Source of the DNA: Vulcanimicrobiota bacterium
GTDB taxonomy: Bacteria; Vulcanimicrobiota; Vulcanimicrobiia; Vulcanimicrobiales; Vulcanimicrobiaceae
DNA length: 64,000 nucleotides
Assembly (NCBI GenBank): GCA_963833095.1
Contig: CAWHWQ010000001.1
Location: forward strand, 416,001-480,000
Reading direction: 5' to 3'
Shown here: piece by piece, positions 41,002 to 50,108 of the stretch
How positions within the stretch are numbered: position 1 is the stretch's first letter
Layout: each line of letters begins with the position of its first letter
The notes under the pieces: generated by a model
Told to the model about the DNA's origin: nothing
What the model saw: only the letters and a program-made list of their open reading frames with translations
Database searches by the model: none
Translations under genes and position numbers: made by a program

Positions 41002-42147
41002 ATGACGCTATTCCAGGACACCGGCGGCGATCCTCGGACGGCTCGCGCGTTTGTGGCCGACGTTCTTGCGTGGTTTGGCGCCGTAGGCGACGCCGCAATG
41101 GGCAATTCGCCCGGCTTTGCTGTCCAGAAAGCCTCGCTCGCCGTGGCTCTCGCGCAGACCGCGCAACTTCAGGAATCCGATTGGCACGCACTCTATTTCG
41201 CGGGTCTGCTCCACGCAATCGGCGCGATCGGCAATCCCGCTTATCGCAAGGGCGAAGAGCTTTCCGAACGGACCGCGCGGATGGAGAGCTGGGATGCTCC
41301 CGCGCAAGGCGCGCAGATCTGCGAAGCCGTCGGGTCGCTGCCGCCCGAAACAGCCGACATGGTGCGCTGGCAGCACGAGGCATGGGACGGAACCGGCTAT
41401 CCCGACCTCTTGCGCTGGACCGGGATCCCGCGCACGGCACAATTTCTCGGAATGGCAGACCGCTTTGTGCGCGCCCACGATCCCGAGGTGGCCCTGAGTC
41501 AGATCGGCCTCGAGAGCGGCCGCGCCTTCAATCCCGAAACGGTGCGAACGTTTTCCATGTGGTTCCACCTCAGCGGCGCAGAAATCGAATTGGTCGAGGC
41601 TCCGGTAGATTCACTGCGCGATGCCCCGCCCGACGCGCAGATCTTGCTCGAACGCTTCGCCGACCGCATCGACGCGCACAACGGCGTGCAAGGGCGCTGG
41701 CGTCGCATCGCGCAGATCTCTGAAGCGACCGCAGCGCAGCTCTCGCTCGCCGAGGCTGACGCGCGCGATTTGGCGATCGCATGCCGCATCTTCGGTGCCG
41801 GCGAGATCGGCGATAAGAACGTTGAAGACGAGGACTTTGATCCGCTCGCGCGTCTGGGCGTTGAACATCGCGCGAACAACGCGAGCGCCGCTGCGGCAAT
41901 TGCGCGCGCGTATCCGGCCTTACGGGGCGCTTCCCAGGTCGTCGCCGCGCGCGGCGAGTGGTTCGACGGCACGGGGAAGCCGCATGGACATGCTCGGGCG
42001 GGTCTTCCGATAGCGGCTGGTATTCTTGCGGCCGCCATCGCCTACGATCGTCTCGATCGCGGCGAGCGCATCGATACTGCGGCCGGGACGCAATTCGACC
42101 CCGCGGTGGTTCGTGCAATGATGGAGGCTGCGAAGCTGCGCGCATGA
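41002..42147 (+). CDS. Tandem degenerate HD-GYP-like protein
   Basis: Domain 1: LLHAIG, QHEAWDGTGYP. Domain 2: IFGAG, GEWFDGTGKP, AGTQFDP. Confidence 0.75.
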   Translation: MTLFQDTGGDPRTARAFVADVLAWFGAVGDAAMGNSPGFAVQKASLAVALAQTAQLQESDWHALYFAGLLHAIGAIGNPAYRKGEELSERTARMESWDAPAQGAQICEAVGSLPPETADMVRWQHEAWDGTGYPDLLRWTGIPRTAQFLGMADRFVRAHDPEVALSQIGLESGRAFNPETVRTFSMWFHLSGAEIELVEAPVDSLRDAPPDAQILLERFADRIDAHNGVQGRWRRIAQISEATAAQLSLAEADARDLAIACRIFGAGEIGDKNVEDEDFDPLARLGVEHRANNASAAAAIARAYPALRGASQVVAARGEWFDGTGKPHGHARAGLPIAAGILAAAIAYDRLDRGERIDTAAGTQFDPAVVRAMMEAAKLRA

Positions 42148-43058
42148 TCGAACTTCCCGAACGAACCCGCCGTATTTCTCCGTCTCGTCTTCACGAGATA
42201 CTGCTTGCGCACGATTGTAAGAGTCTGGTCGACCCGTTTATGGGCCTTCCAACCCACTTGAACTATCTCAAGCGCCACGGCATAGCCGTGCATGGCGGTG
42301 ACTTGCTTGAGTGGTTCGTGCGCGTCGGCGAAGGCTTAATCGTCAACGATCTCACGTATCTGCGCGACGCCGAAGTCGCGGAGATCGTCGAGATGTTACC
42401 CGGGCGCATCTACTCGATCGATCTTTTCAAGGCCTGGGAAGGCGTCTTTTTCAGCGAAGAGCAGTGCATGTATTTAGGCGTCTGGCACGATAACGTGCGC
42501 AACCTGCGCAGCGATCAGCAGACGGGCCTCGCGATCCTGGGGTTGTGGCGCGCCTTCTGTTATTGGATGCAAAAGACGCAATCGCCCGACGATATGCAGG
42601 ATACGCCGCCAAGCGAACTCGCGTGGTCCTACATCCGCCAGACCGAGCAGTGGGTCACGTCAAACATGCGCCGCAATACCGTGCGCCAAGGTGATGTGCT
42701 GGCGACGATGGGCGCGCGCAGCGCTGACGCGCTCTTCCTTGCGCCTCCACCGCGCAATTCATTTCGTAGCGCAGACGCGCGCATTTGGATGTGGGAAGCT
42801 TGGTGGCAGGGTAATCCGTATTTTACGATCGAGCACGCCTATCGCGATTCACTCCTGGGCGCTCGAGCGGCCGATGCCGCGGCGTATGCACGGGCGGTAG
42901 CGACCATTCTTGCGAATGCCGACCCCTATCCCGTGGTCATCATGCAAACAACCGAGCAGCGAATCGGCGACCTCGAGCCGCTCGTTCGAGACGCGCGCGC
43001 AAACGTCACCACGATCGCCCCGCATCCCTACGAGATCTATCTCGTCGCGACGAAATAA
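42144..43058 (+). CDS. Hypothetical protein resembling a degenerate adenine-specific DNA methyltransferase
   Basis: LVDPFMG (motif I-like), VHGGD, DALFLAPPP (DPPY-like); ATGA overlap with the upstream gene. Confidence 0.6.
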   Translation: MIELPERTRRISPSRLHEILLAHDCKSLVDPFMGLPTHLNYLKRHGIAVHGGDLLEWFVRVGEGLIVNDLTYLRDAEVAEIVEMLPGRIYSIDLFKAWEGVFFSEEQCMYLGVWHDNVRNLRSDQQTGLAILGLWRAFCYWMQKTQSPDDMQDTPPSELAWSYIRQTEQWVTSNMRRNTVRQGDVLATMGARSADALFLAPPPRNSFRSADARIWMWEAWWQGNPYFTIEHAYRDSLLGARAADAAAYARAVATILANADPYPVVIMQTTEQRIGDLEPLVRDARANVTTIAPHPYEIYLVATK

Positions 43059-43112
43059 CAGAATTCAGCTTCGCTGAATCTGTGGCGTTCGGCCTCCGGC
43101 CGATCCGCTGCG
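43058..43112. terminator. Double hairpin between convergent genes
   Basis: ATTCAGC-TTC-GCTGAAT and TCGGCC-TCC-GGCCGA. Confidence 0.5.
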
Positions 43113-43114
43113 TT

Positions 43115-43306
43115 TCATCGAACTGTATTGCTCTGGAAGCGATACCATATCAGGCAGAGCAGCGCAAGCACCCAGCAAATGACCAAATGCGACACGTGGT
43201 GCGAGTGCTCGGTTCCGGATTTGGTCATGAAGTTGATGGTGCCGAGGCCGTAAAGCGCACCCAGCACGAAGAATGCGAGCGCGAGCAGCAGGGCGAGCGG
43301 TTTCAT
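43115..43306 (-). CDS. Small two-TM membrane protein
   Basis: Two hydrophobic helices around HSHHVSH; ATGA overlap with uppP. Confidence 0.65.
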   Translation of the reverse strand: MKPLALLLALAFFVLGALYGLGTINFMTKSGTEHSHHVSHLVICWVLALLCLIWYRFQSNTVR

Positions 43307-44163
43307 GAAAGCAGACCTCGTTTACTCAAGATATAGCAGCATACGCCGACGATCAGACAATACCAGCCGAACGGGCGTAGATCGTTCGACTTGAAGTAAC
43401 GCATGAGAAACGCGACCGAGAGATAGGCGGCGACGGCAGCCACAACGCCGCCAAGGAGCGCCTGCAAGAATACGACATGTGCGCCCGGCGCGATGAGATA
43501 TCTGGTTTCGAGCAGCGCCGCTGCGAAGATCACCGGCGTTGCCAGCAGGAACGAGAATTCGGCAGCGTCCTCGTGATCGAGATCGCATAAGAGTCCAGCG
43601 ACCATCGATGCCCCCGAGCGCGAGATGCCGGGAAGGAGCGCAAAGCTCTGCGCGAATCCCACCAGCACGCTTTGGGCAAAGCTCAGCTGCTCGATCGCTT
43701 TATCGGCGCGCGCCGGGTTGGCAAGCTGCCGCCGGCGCAGCGCCTCGCCCGCGAACATAACGAGGCCGTTGAGGGCGAGAAAGAGCGCGACCGGTGCCGG
43801 CGAGCCGAAGAGCGCGCGCACGGGTTCCTCGAGGAGCACGCCCAGCACACCCACCGGAATCGTTCCTACGACCAGAAGCCAACCAATCCGCTCGTCGCGG
43901 TCGTCAGACAACCGCCCCCGAACGACGCTTGCCACCAGCGCTCGAACGATCGCCCACCATCGCGCACGATAATACACGATAAGTGCAACGGCCGTTCCGA
44001 GATGCAGCACGACCACAAACGCGAGGAATGTCGGATTGGCGCGATCGATATTCGTCCAGTGTAAAAGCGCCGGCACGAGAATCGTATGGCCAAGGCTCGA
44101 GACGGGAAACAGTTCGCTGACGCCTTGGAGCAGCGCGAGGATCAGCGCTTGGATATCGGTCAC
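43303..44163 (-). CDS. uppP: Undecaprenyl-diphosphate phosphatase
   Basis: QGVSELFPVSSLGH, HLGT, PGISRSG, AEFSFLLATP. Confidence 0.94.
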   Translation of the reverse strand: MTDIQALILALLQGVSELFPVSSLGHTILVPALLHWTNIDRANPTFLAFVVVLHLGTAVALIVYYRARWWAIVRALVASVVRGRLSDDRDERIGWLLVVGTIPVGVLGVLLEEPVRALFGSPAPVALFLALNGLVMFAGEALRRRQLANPARADKAIEQLSFAQSVLVGFAQSFALLPGISRSGASMVAGLLCDLDHEDAAEFSFLLATPVIFAAALLETRYLIAPGAHVVFLQALLGGVVAAVAAYLSVAFLMRYFKSNDLRPFGWYCLIVGVCCYILSKRGLLS

Positions 44164-44249
44164 GGAGCACTCTGGTACGCCCCACAGCCGAAGTGCGCCT
44201 CCCACGCATGGAGGATTGCCTATGCAAGCAGCCTAAGGCGCGTAGGGCA

Positions 44250-44636
44250 GTGGATCAGCACGAAGAAAGCCGTGCCTTCGAGCCGCAAGAGCGCAAATTC
44301 GCTCGTGTTGGTGACACACTGCTCGTGTCTTACAGCATCGGCGACGACTTTGCGCCCGAGTTCACCGAAACGTATGATATCGCCCTCGGCGGCATGGCCA
44401 TGCTTACCAATGCCGAGCTCATCCGTGAGGATCCGATCGACGTGCAGATCGAGCTGCGCAGCGATCCCGAACCGGTCTTGCACGTGCGCGGCGTCGTGCG
44501 CTGGTCGCGCTACGATCCGCTGTTGCAGCGCTATCGCACCGGCATCGCCTTCCTCGACGTCGATGAGAAGACACGCATGCATCTCCAACGCTACATCGAC
44601 ACGCTCCACCTACTCCGCGACATGGGGATGCTTTAG
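44250..44636 (+). CDS. PilZ domain protein
   Basis: ERKFAR (RxxxR), DIALGG, GVVRW, GIAF. Confidence 0.8.
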   Translation: MDQHEESRAFEPQERKFARVGDTLLVSYSIGDDFAPEFTETYDIALGGMAMLTNAELIREDPIDVQIELRSDPEPVLHVRGVVRWSRYDPLLQRYRTGIAFLDVDEKTRMHLQRYIDTLHLLRDMGML

Positions 44637-44701
44637 CGCGAGCGAAGCCGCGCGTCCTCGTCGCTCGGACAATCGTTCGGGTCGATCGTCGAACGCGGCC
44701 C

Positions 44702-45319
44702 TTACCAGGCGACAAATCTCACCGCGTAGGTGTAGTCCGCCAGCACGGCTTTGCAAGCATGCGTCGCGGGCGCATATTGTGCGCCGCGTGCCATGGCCAT
44801 TGCAACTTGATCCAACGAGGCGCTTCCGCTCGACGCGACCACTGTCGTGCTCTCGACGCCGCCGTTCGGATCGACGATCACACGAACTTGCGCCGTTCCG
44901 CTCACCCGGTCCGCACGCGCGCCGGATGCAATTTCCGGCGGAGGCGGCGATGCGATGATTTGTACCGGCGTGTCGCTCGTCGCGCAATTCGGCGTTGCCG
45001 TCGCCGCGGGAGTCGGCGAGGCAGGCGTTTCCGTCGCGGCAGTGACGATGCGTCCTTGCGTCAGGGACGACTTCGGATTCACCGCGGTAGCTTTGGCCAC
45101 GTGCACGGGAACGCGTCGCGGCGGTGCTGGTGCCGGCGTATGCGGCGGCGGCGTCGCGTGCGCGATGCGCGTAGTATGGAGGTGCTCGATGCTTACGATC
45201 TGCACGTCGTCGCTCGAACGGCGAAACGGCCAGCGAATGATACCGGTGAGGATCAGGTGGATGAGCAACGATAAAGCGAACGCGACGATAAGAAACCGCC
45301 GCGTCCGTTTATCATCCAT
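44702..45319 (-). CDS. TonB family energy transducer
   Basis: TM with SLLIH, Pro-rich linker, and TonB_C (G...V...VDPNG.V, SSG...LDQ.A). Confidence 0.82.
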   Translation of the reverse strand: MDDKRTRRFLIVAFALSLLIHLILTGIIRWPFRRSSDDVQIVSIEHLHTTRIAHATPPPHTPAPAPPRRVPVHVAKATAVNPKSSLTQGRIVTAATETPASPTPAATATPNCATSDTPVQIIASPPPPEIASGARADRVSGTAQVRVIVDPNGGVESTTVVASSGSASLDQVAMAMARGAQYAPATHACKAVLADYTYAVRFVAW

Positions 45320-45360
45320 TGTCCAGTTTTTCGATTTCGAAGACGAGGTACCCGCACGAA

Positions 45361-45414
45361 GCGGGTGAAGGTTCGGAGCACAGGATGTGCGTCCGGCCAC
45401 GGGCCGGCCGAACC
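45361..45414 (+). repeat. Structured dispersed repeat, family C, copy 2
   Basis: GAAGGTTCGGAGCACAGGATGTGCGTCCGGCCACGGGCCGGCCGAACC. Confidence 0.8.
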
Positions 45415-45417
45415 GTC

Positions 45418-46137
45418 TTAGTCGGGATTAAACTCCGCTCGAAAGAGATACGAGCCGGTCGTCGGCGCGCAATTTACGAGCTTGGGCGCATACTGCGACT
45501 GCCGCGCGGCGCGAATCGCCGCCTGATCGATCGCGCTGTTATGAGATGACTGCTGGATCGAGGCTTCCACCAATGCGCCGGTGGGACCAATCGTCACCTC
45601 GACCAGAACGGTCACTGGACCCAGTCCCAAGTCGCGCGCGGAATCCGGATAGTCAGGCGACATCGCCTGGGTTACCGTCGCTTCCTGATTTGGATTCGCA
45701 CACGCGGGCTTTTCCGTCGGGGCGGGCGTTGCGTTCGTGGGCGGACCCGTGCTCGTACCCGCGGGCACACCGTTTTCCGATCCCTTGTTGACGTTGTAGG
45801 TCTGCTCGTTGCTCGTCGTGCTCGTGTCGTTCGTCGTCTTGGGCACGTTGACTTTGAGCTTGGGCTGCGGCGCCGTGTGATGCGGCGGTGGTGTTTGCTG
45901 CGGCGGCGGCGTCGGCGTCGGTGGGGGCGTCGGGGTCGGCGGTGGCGGGGTGGGGACCCTGACCTGCACCTTCTTGGTCTCGCTTATCTTCTCGACTTCG
46001 TCGCTCGAATGATGCGACGCGAGGTTGGGATAGAGCGGCGCGGCCAGACCGTTGACGAGGATAGACAACAGAAAAGCAAGCCCCAGATAGTTCCGGATGC
46101 GCTCGCCCGAAGTGATGTACGTTTTTTCTTTCGCCAT
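45418..46137 (-). CDS. TonB family energy transducer
   Basis: TM, PTPPP repeats, PDYPDSAR, IDQAAIRAA. Confidence 0.85.
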   Translation of the reverse strand: MAKEKTYITSGERIRNYLGLAFLLSILVNGLAAPLYPNLASHHSSDEVEKISETKKVQVRVPTPPPPTPTPPPTPTPPPQQTPPPHHTAPQPKLKVNVPKTTNDTSTTSNEQTYNVNKGSENGVPAGTSTGPPTNATPAPTEKPACANPNQEATVTQAMSPDYPDSARDLGLGPVTVLVEVTIGPTGALVEASIQQSSHNSAIDQAAIRAARQSQYAPKLVNCAPTTGSYLFRAEFNPD

Positions 46138-46140
46138 CCG

Positions 46141-46566
46141 TTACGAACTTTGCCCCTGCGGAGTGCCTTCGATGTGGTTCGCAAGGCCAAAGTCGATCAA
46201 ACCCGACGACTTGGCAGCATCCATCACTTGTAGGATGGTTCCATAGTTGGCTTTCGGGTCGGCTTTGATGATCACGCTGCGAAACTTATGCCCGGTATTG
46301 TCCTGCAGCGTCTCAAATGCATCGTGCGCCTGCGAGATCGGCACCGTGTTGGATCCGATTTGGATATTGTTCTTTTCGTCGATGATCACGACGATCTGCG
46401 AGGGCTGCACCTTGTCCTTGTTACGGGCATCGGGCAGCTTCGGCTCTTTCGTAACCGAGGCAAGAATGATGAAGATAATGAGGAGCACCAACAACACGTC
46501 CGTAAACGGCGTGATGTTGATGGTCGACATCACATCATCTTCTCCCCCACCTGTCGAAACGGCCAC
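46141..46566 (-). CDS. exbD: ExbD/TolR family protein
   Basis: INITPFTDVLLVLLIIF, IKAD, YG. Confidence 0.9.
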   Translation of the reverse strand: MAVSTGGGEDDVMSTINITPFTDVLLVLLIIFIILASVTKEPKLPDARNKDKVQPSQIVVIIDEKNNIQIGSNTVPISQAHDAFETLQDNTGHKFRSVIIKADPKANYGTILQVMDAAKSSGLIDFGLANHIEGTPQGQSS

Positions 46567-46586
46567 GAGTCTTGTTAAACCTCCAC

Positions 46587-46997
46587 CTAGGACGTGACGA
46601 AACCGACGTCTTCGAGTCCGGCTTCCTTGGCAGCATCGAGAATGCGGATGATGACGCCGTAGGGCGCTTTCGTGTCCGCGGTGATCGAGACGTGCTTGTG
46701 CGGCCGCTTGATCGCGGTGATGGTCATCACCCGATAGATACCTTGCGAATCCGTCTTCGTTCCGTCGACGAAGATCACGCCCTTGTCGTTGACGATCACT
46801 TCGATATCATTCTTTTGCTGTTGCTGCGTATTGTTGTTATTGCTGTGGTTCGGAAGCTCTTTTTCGAAGCCGGGTGGCGTCACGAGAGCAGCCAGGATCA
46901 TGAAGATAATGAGCAGCACCAAAAGGACGTCGGTGAACGGCGTGATGTTGATCTCCGCCATGACGTCGGCCTCTTGTTGTGCCGAGAGCAGTGACAC
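46587..46997 (-). CDS. exbD: ExbD/TolR family protein
   Basis: EINITPFTDVLLVLLIIFM, ITAD, PYG. Confidence 0.9.
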   Translation of the reverse strand: MSLLSAQQEADVMAEINITPFTDVLLVLLIIFMILAALVTPPGFEKELPNHSNNNNTQQQQKNDIEVIVNDKGVIFVDGTKTDSQGIYRVMTITAIKRPHKHVSITADTKAPYGVIIRILDAAKEAGLEDVGFVTS

Positions 46998-47012
46998 GAC
47001 GCTACTCCGGGC

Positions 47013-47684
47013 TTACTTCGCGCCGGTTTGCGACGGCTGATACAGCTCGGTCGGGATCGGGGCGCCGGTGTTGTGGAAGTGAAGCATTTCGGCAAGCTGA
47101 TTCGCCGCAACGATCATCTCTTGGTTGTACGCCTTGATGCGCGACTTGAAGTAGTTGAAGAAGATCACGGCCACGATCGCGACCACGAGGCCCGCGAAGG
47201 TGGTGATCAGGGCTTCTGAAACGCCGCCGGCGACGACCGCTGGCGTCGAGTTCCCTTTGAGCGCGATATCTTCAAACGCGCGGATGATACCGAGCACCGT
47301 TCCGGACAGACCGATGAACGGCGCGATCACCGCGATCGTACCGATCACACCGAGGAAGCGCTCGAGTGAGTTCAGGTGCTCCATCAGCGCTATCGAGAGC
47401 GCGTCGGTGATGTCGGCGCGATTTTTCTCACCGCGGCGAAGCCCGAACTCGAGGATACGCGGAAGCATGCCTTTGTTGGCCTGGCAAATCTTGATTGCGC
47501 CGTCAAGATCGTCTGCGGCGATTTTGGCGCCGATTTGGCGCAGCAGACCTTTGGTATCGCTATGCTGCGACGCAAAAAAGATTAGTCGCTCGATCACGAT
47601 GGCGACCACAACGATTGACGCGATGAGCAGCATCCACATAACGGGACCGCCGCGATCCATCACGCTGATAAATCCGTCAAACAC
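47013..47684 (-). CDS. exbB: MotA/TolQ/ExbB proton channel protein
   Basis: APFIGLSGTVLGII, GVSEALITT, AGL. Confidence 0.92.
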   Translation of the reverse strand: MFDGFISVMDRGGPVMWMLLIASIVVVAIVIERLIFFASQHSDTKGLLRQIGAKIAADDLDGAIKICQANKGMLPRILEFGLRRGEKNRADITDALSIALMEHLNSLERFLGVIGTIAVIAPFIGLSGTVLGIIRAFEDIALKGNSTPAVVAGGVSEALITTFAGLVVAIVAVIFFNYFKSRIKAYNQEMIVAANQLAEMLHFHNTGAPIPTELYQPSQTGAK

Positions 47685-47836
47685 GAGTTTCGAAACCCTC
47701 CCGGGTGTTCATGTAAAGTGCACTAGACAATGGAAAACACGGGCGGTGTGCCGCCCCGTGAGGGCGGACCATTGGCCTACCCTCCTGGAAAGTCCTGGTA
47801 CGTTCTGTACCGGGTGCTTGGATAGTCAACGGCTTC

Positions 47837-49151
47837 TTATTGAGGAACGTTCTTAATCTGGCTTTCGATCTGCAAAGCAAGCCCCTCATTGCCGGCCGCC
47901 TTGGCCAATTGGTCAGATTTTTTCAGGTAGGTGAGCGCTTGCGTCTTATCGTCGGTCTTCTTGCTCGTTACGTAAATGTTGGCGTACGCCACCCCGGCTG
48001 CGAAATTTGCCTGTACGTCGTCGGGTGAGGCAGATACCGCCTTGAGCGCGTATTCCTTGGCCTTATCGTAGTCCGGCTTTTTCCCGCTCATGATTGCAAA
48101 CGCGGCAAACGTGTTCGCCGTGACCGCTTCAGGTGCGCTCCCCGCCGAGGCGGCCTGATCGAAGTCCTTGAGCGCGCCGGCGTAGTCTGCTGCTTTCATC
48201 GCATCGTTCCCGGCCGCTAGGTAGTGCTGAGCGATTGCCCGCTGAGCGCCGGTGCCGCTCGGGTCGAGCGACTTCATCTCATTCGCCGTAGCCTGAGCGT
48301 CGGCTGAGTCGTTGGTCGCGAGATAACCCTGCAGCAGCTCGGTGTCGATGTTCAATCGCGCCGCCTTGTCGGTCACTTGGTCGTGGACGCTCTTGAGCGT
48401 CGCAAGCGCATCGGGATACTGCTTATTCGCAAGCTCCGCCACGCCCAGCGCGAACTTCGAGGTGTTGTCGCCGGAGAGCGCCATGGCCTTGTGCGCAAAA
48501 TCGAGCGATTGCGTCGGATCGGTGGAGGAGACTCGCACGGCGCCGGTAGCGAACGCCTGTGCGGCGATCGGCTGGAACGGCTTCTTGATGTCGTCGACCC
48601 GGTTGAACGTGGTTGCCGCTTCAACGTAATCATTGTCGTAGTACTGCGCTACGCCGAGTAGTTGCAACACCGCCGGGTTGCCGGGCGACGCGAGCAAGGC
48701 GGCATTGGCCTTGGCAATCGCGTCTTTGTATTTTCCTGAACGCACGAGCGCATCGATCGCCGCGGTGTCGCCGCCGCCGACTGGAGATCGCGTTCTCCTC
48801 AGGCGTCTGCGCCGACTTCCCGTTAAATCGCAGGCTAAAATCGTAAAAGGTCGTTATCGGCGTCGAGCCGCGCCGTGCGGGTCTATAGGTAGAGGTCTGC
48901 GCGATCTCCATCGCCGCGGCGTTATCGCCTGTGTTGTCGGACTTGAGGATCTTCACGACCTTGTGCGTGCCGTCGGCGTTGACTTGCACCTGGACCAGGA
49001 CGGTTCCCGAGCCCGCAATCGGCTGCGTCGTCGTCCCTTGTTTAATGACTTTGGCGATCGAGTAGTCTTGGGATTGCGCAAAGGCCGGCGCTGCGGCGAC
49101 TGCGATTGTCAGCGCCGAGAAGCCGGCGACGATTCGAGAGATTCGATTCAT
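47837..49151 (-). CDS. Secreted protein with a TonB C-terminal-like domain and TPR repeats (frameshift near 48770)
   Basis: Signal peptide ending AFA, GTVLVQVQVNADG..DNAAAMEIA, then TPR-like helices. Confidence 0.7.
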
Positions 49152-49163
49152 GAGGTACCTCAA

Positions 49164-49931
49164 CTACGTAGAGCTATGCTTCCCATCCTGGGAAGCAACG
49201 CGCCGGAGTGCGGAAAGTTCCTTGGGAGTCAGCGAGCGCGAGTGGCCGACCGGGAGATCGCCCAAGGCAATGGGGCCGAAACGCAGCCGAACGAGCGTTT
49301 GCACGGGATGACCTAGCGCCTCAAACATCCGGCGCACCTGACGATTGCGGCCTTCGTGAATGGTGATGTCGACGACCGAGGATCCCGAACGGACTGCGAC
49401 CACGCGTACCTGCGCTCCCGCCGCGTGCTCGCCGCCATCCAGGACGACGCCGTCATGGACCCGTTTGACATCTTCGGGGGAGAGCCGGCCGCCAATCGTT
49501 GCGCGATAGGTCTTTTCGACACCGAAGCGCGGGTGCAAAAGCCGATTCGCGAGATCGCCGTCGTTCGTCATAAGCAATACGCCGGCCGTATCGTAGTCGA
49601 GCCGGCCGACCGGCACAACGCGCGGCATGCGCTTGGGGATCAGGTCGGCCACCGTTCGCCGTCCTTGCGGATCGCGCATGGTCGTCATGACGCCCGCCGG
49701 CTTGTGCACCACCAGATATTCGGTCTGCTCCATCGCCGAGATAGGCGTTCCGCTCACGTCGACTTTATCGCCGGGGGCGACCATCGTACCCAATTCGCGC
49801 ACGACCTTGCCATTGATACGCACCTTGCCGTACGCGATCAATTCATCGGCGCGCCGGCGCGATGCCACGCCGGCCTGCGCGATGTATTTGTTGAGGCGCG
49901 TGCCGTCACCCACGATCCTGGAGTCCTTCAT
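49164..49931 (-). CDS. rluB: RluB/RsuA family pseudouridine synthase
   Basis: RLNKYIAQAGVASRR, VGRLDYDTAG, EGRNRQVRRM. Confidence 0.9.
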   Translation of the reverse strand: MKDSRIVGDGTRLNKYIAQAGVASRRRADELIAYGKVRINGKVVRELGTMVAPGDKVDVSGTPISAMEQTEYLVVHKPAGVMTTMRDPQGRRTVADLIPKRMPRVVPVGRLDYDTAGVLLMTNDGDLANRLLHPRFGVEKTYRATIGGRLSPEDVKRVHDGVVLDGGEHAAGAQVRVVAVRSGSSVVDITIHEGRNRQVRRMFEALGHPVQTLVRLRFGPIALGDLPVGHSRSLTPKELSALRRVASQDGKHSST

Positions 49932-50094
49932 CGGCGCGGAGCCTGTCTCGGGTCATTTTTGCGGCTTCTTCTTCGCTCAGCGATCGTCCGCGGAAGAATA
50001 CAGAACCCGAACCGGCGGATGGCCGGTTCGGGCCCTGACGTAGATAGGCGATGAGCGCGAAGCAGACGATCGCTATTGCAATAAGAACGATCAT
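49906..50094 (-). CDS. Small membrane-anchored hypothetical protein
   Basis: N-terminal hydrophobic helix; fills the rho-rluB gap. Confidence 0.55.
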   Translation of the reverse strand: MIVLIAIAIVCFALIAYLRQGPNRPSAGSGSVFFRGRSLSEEEAAKMTRDRLRADEGLQDRG

Positions 50095-50108
50095 CGAGTT
50101 AACGAGGG

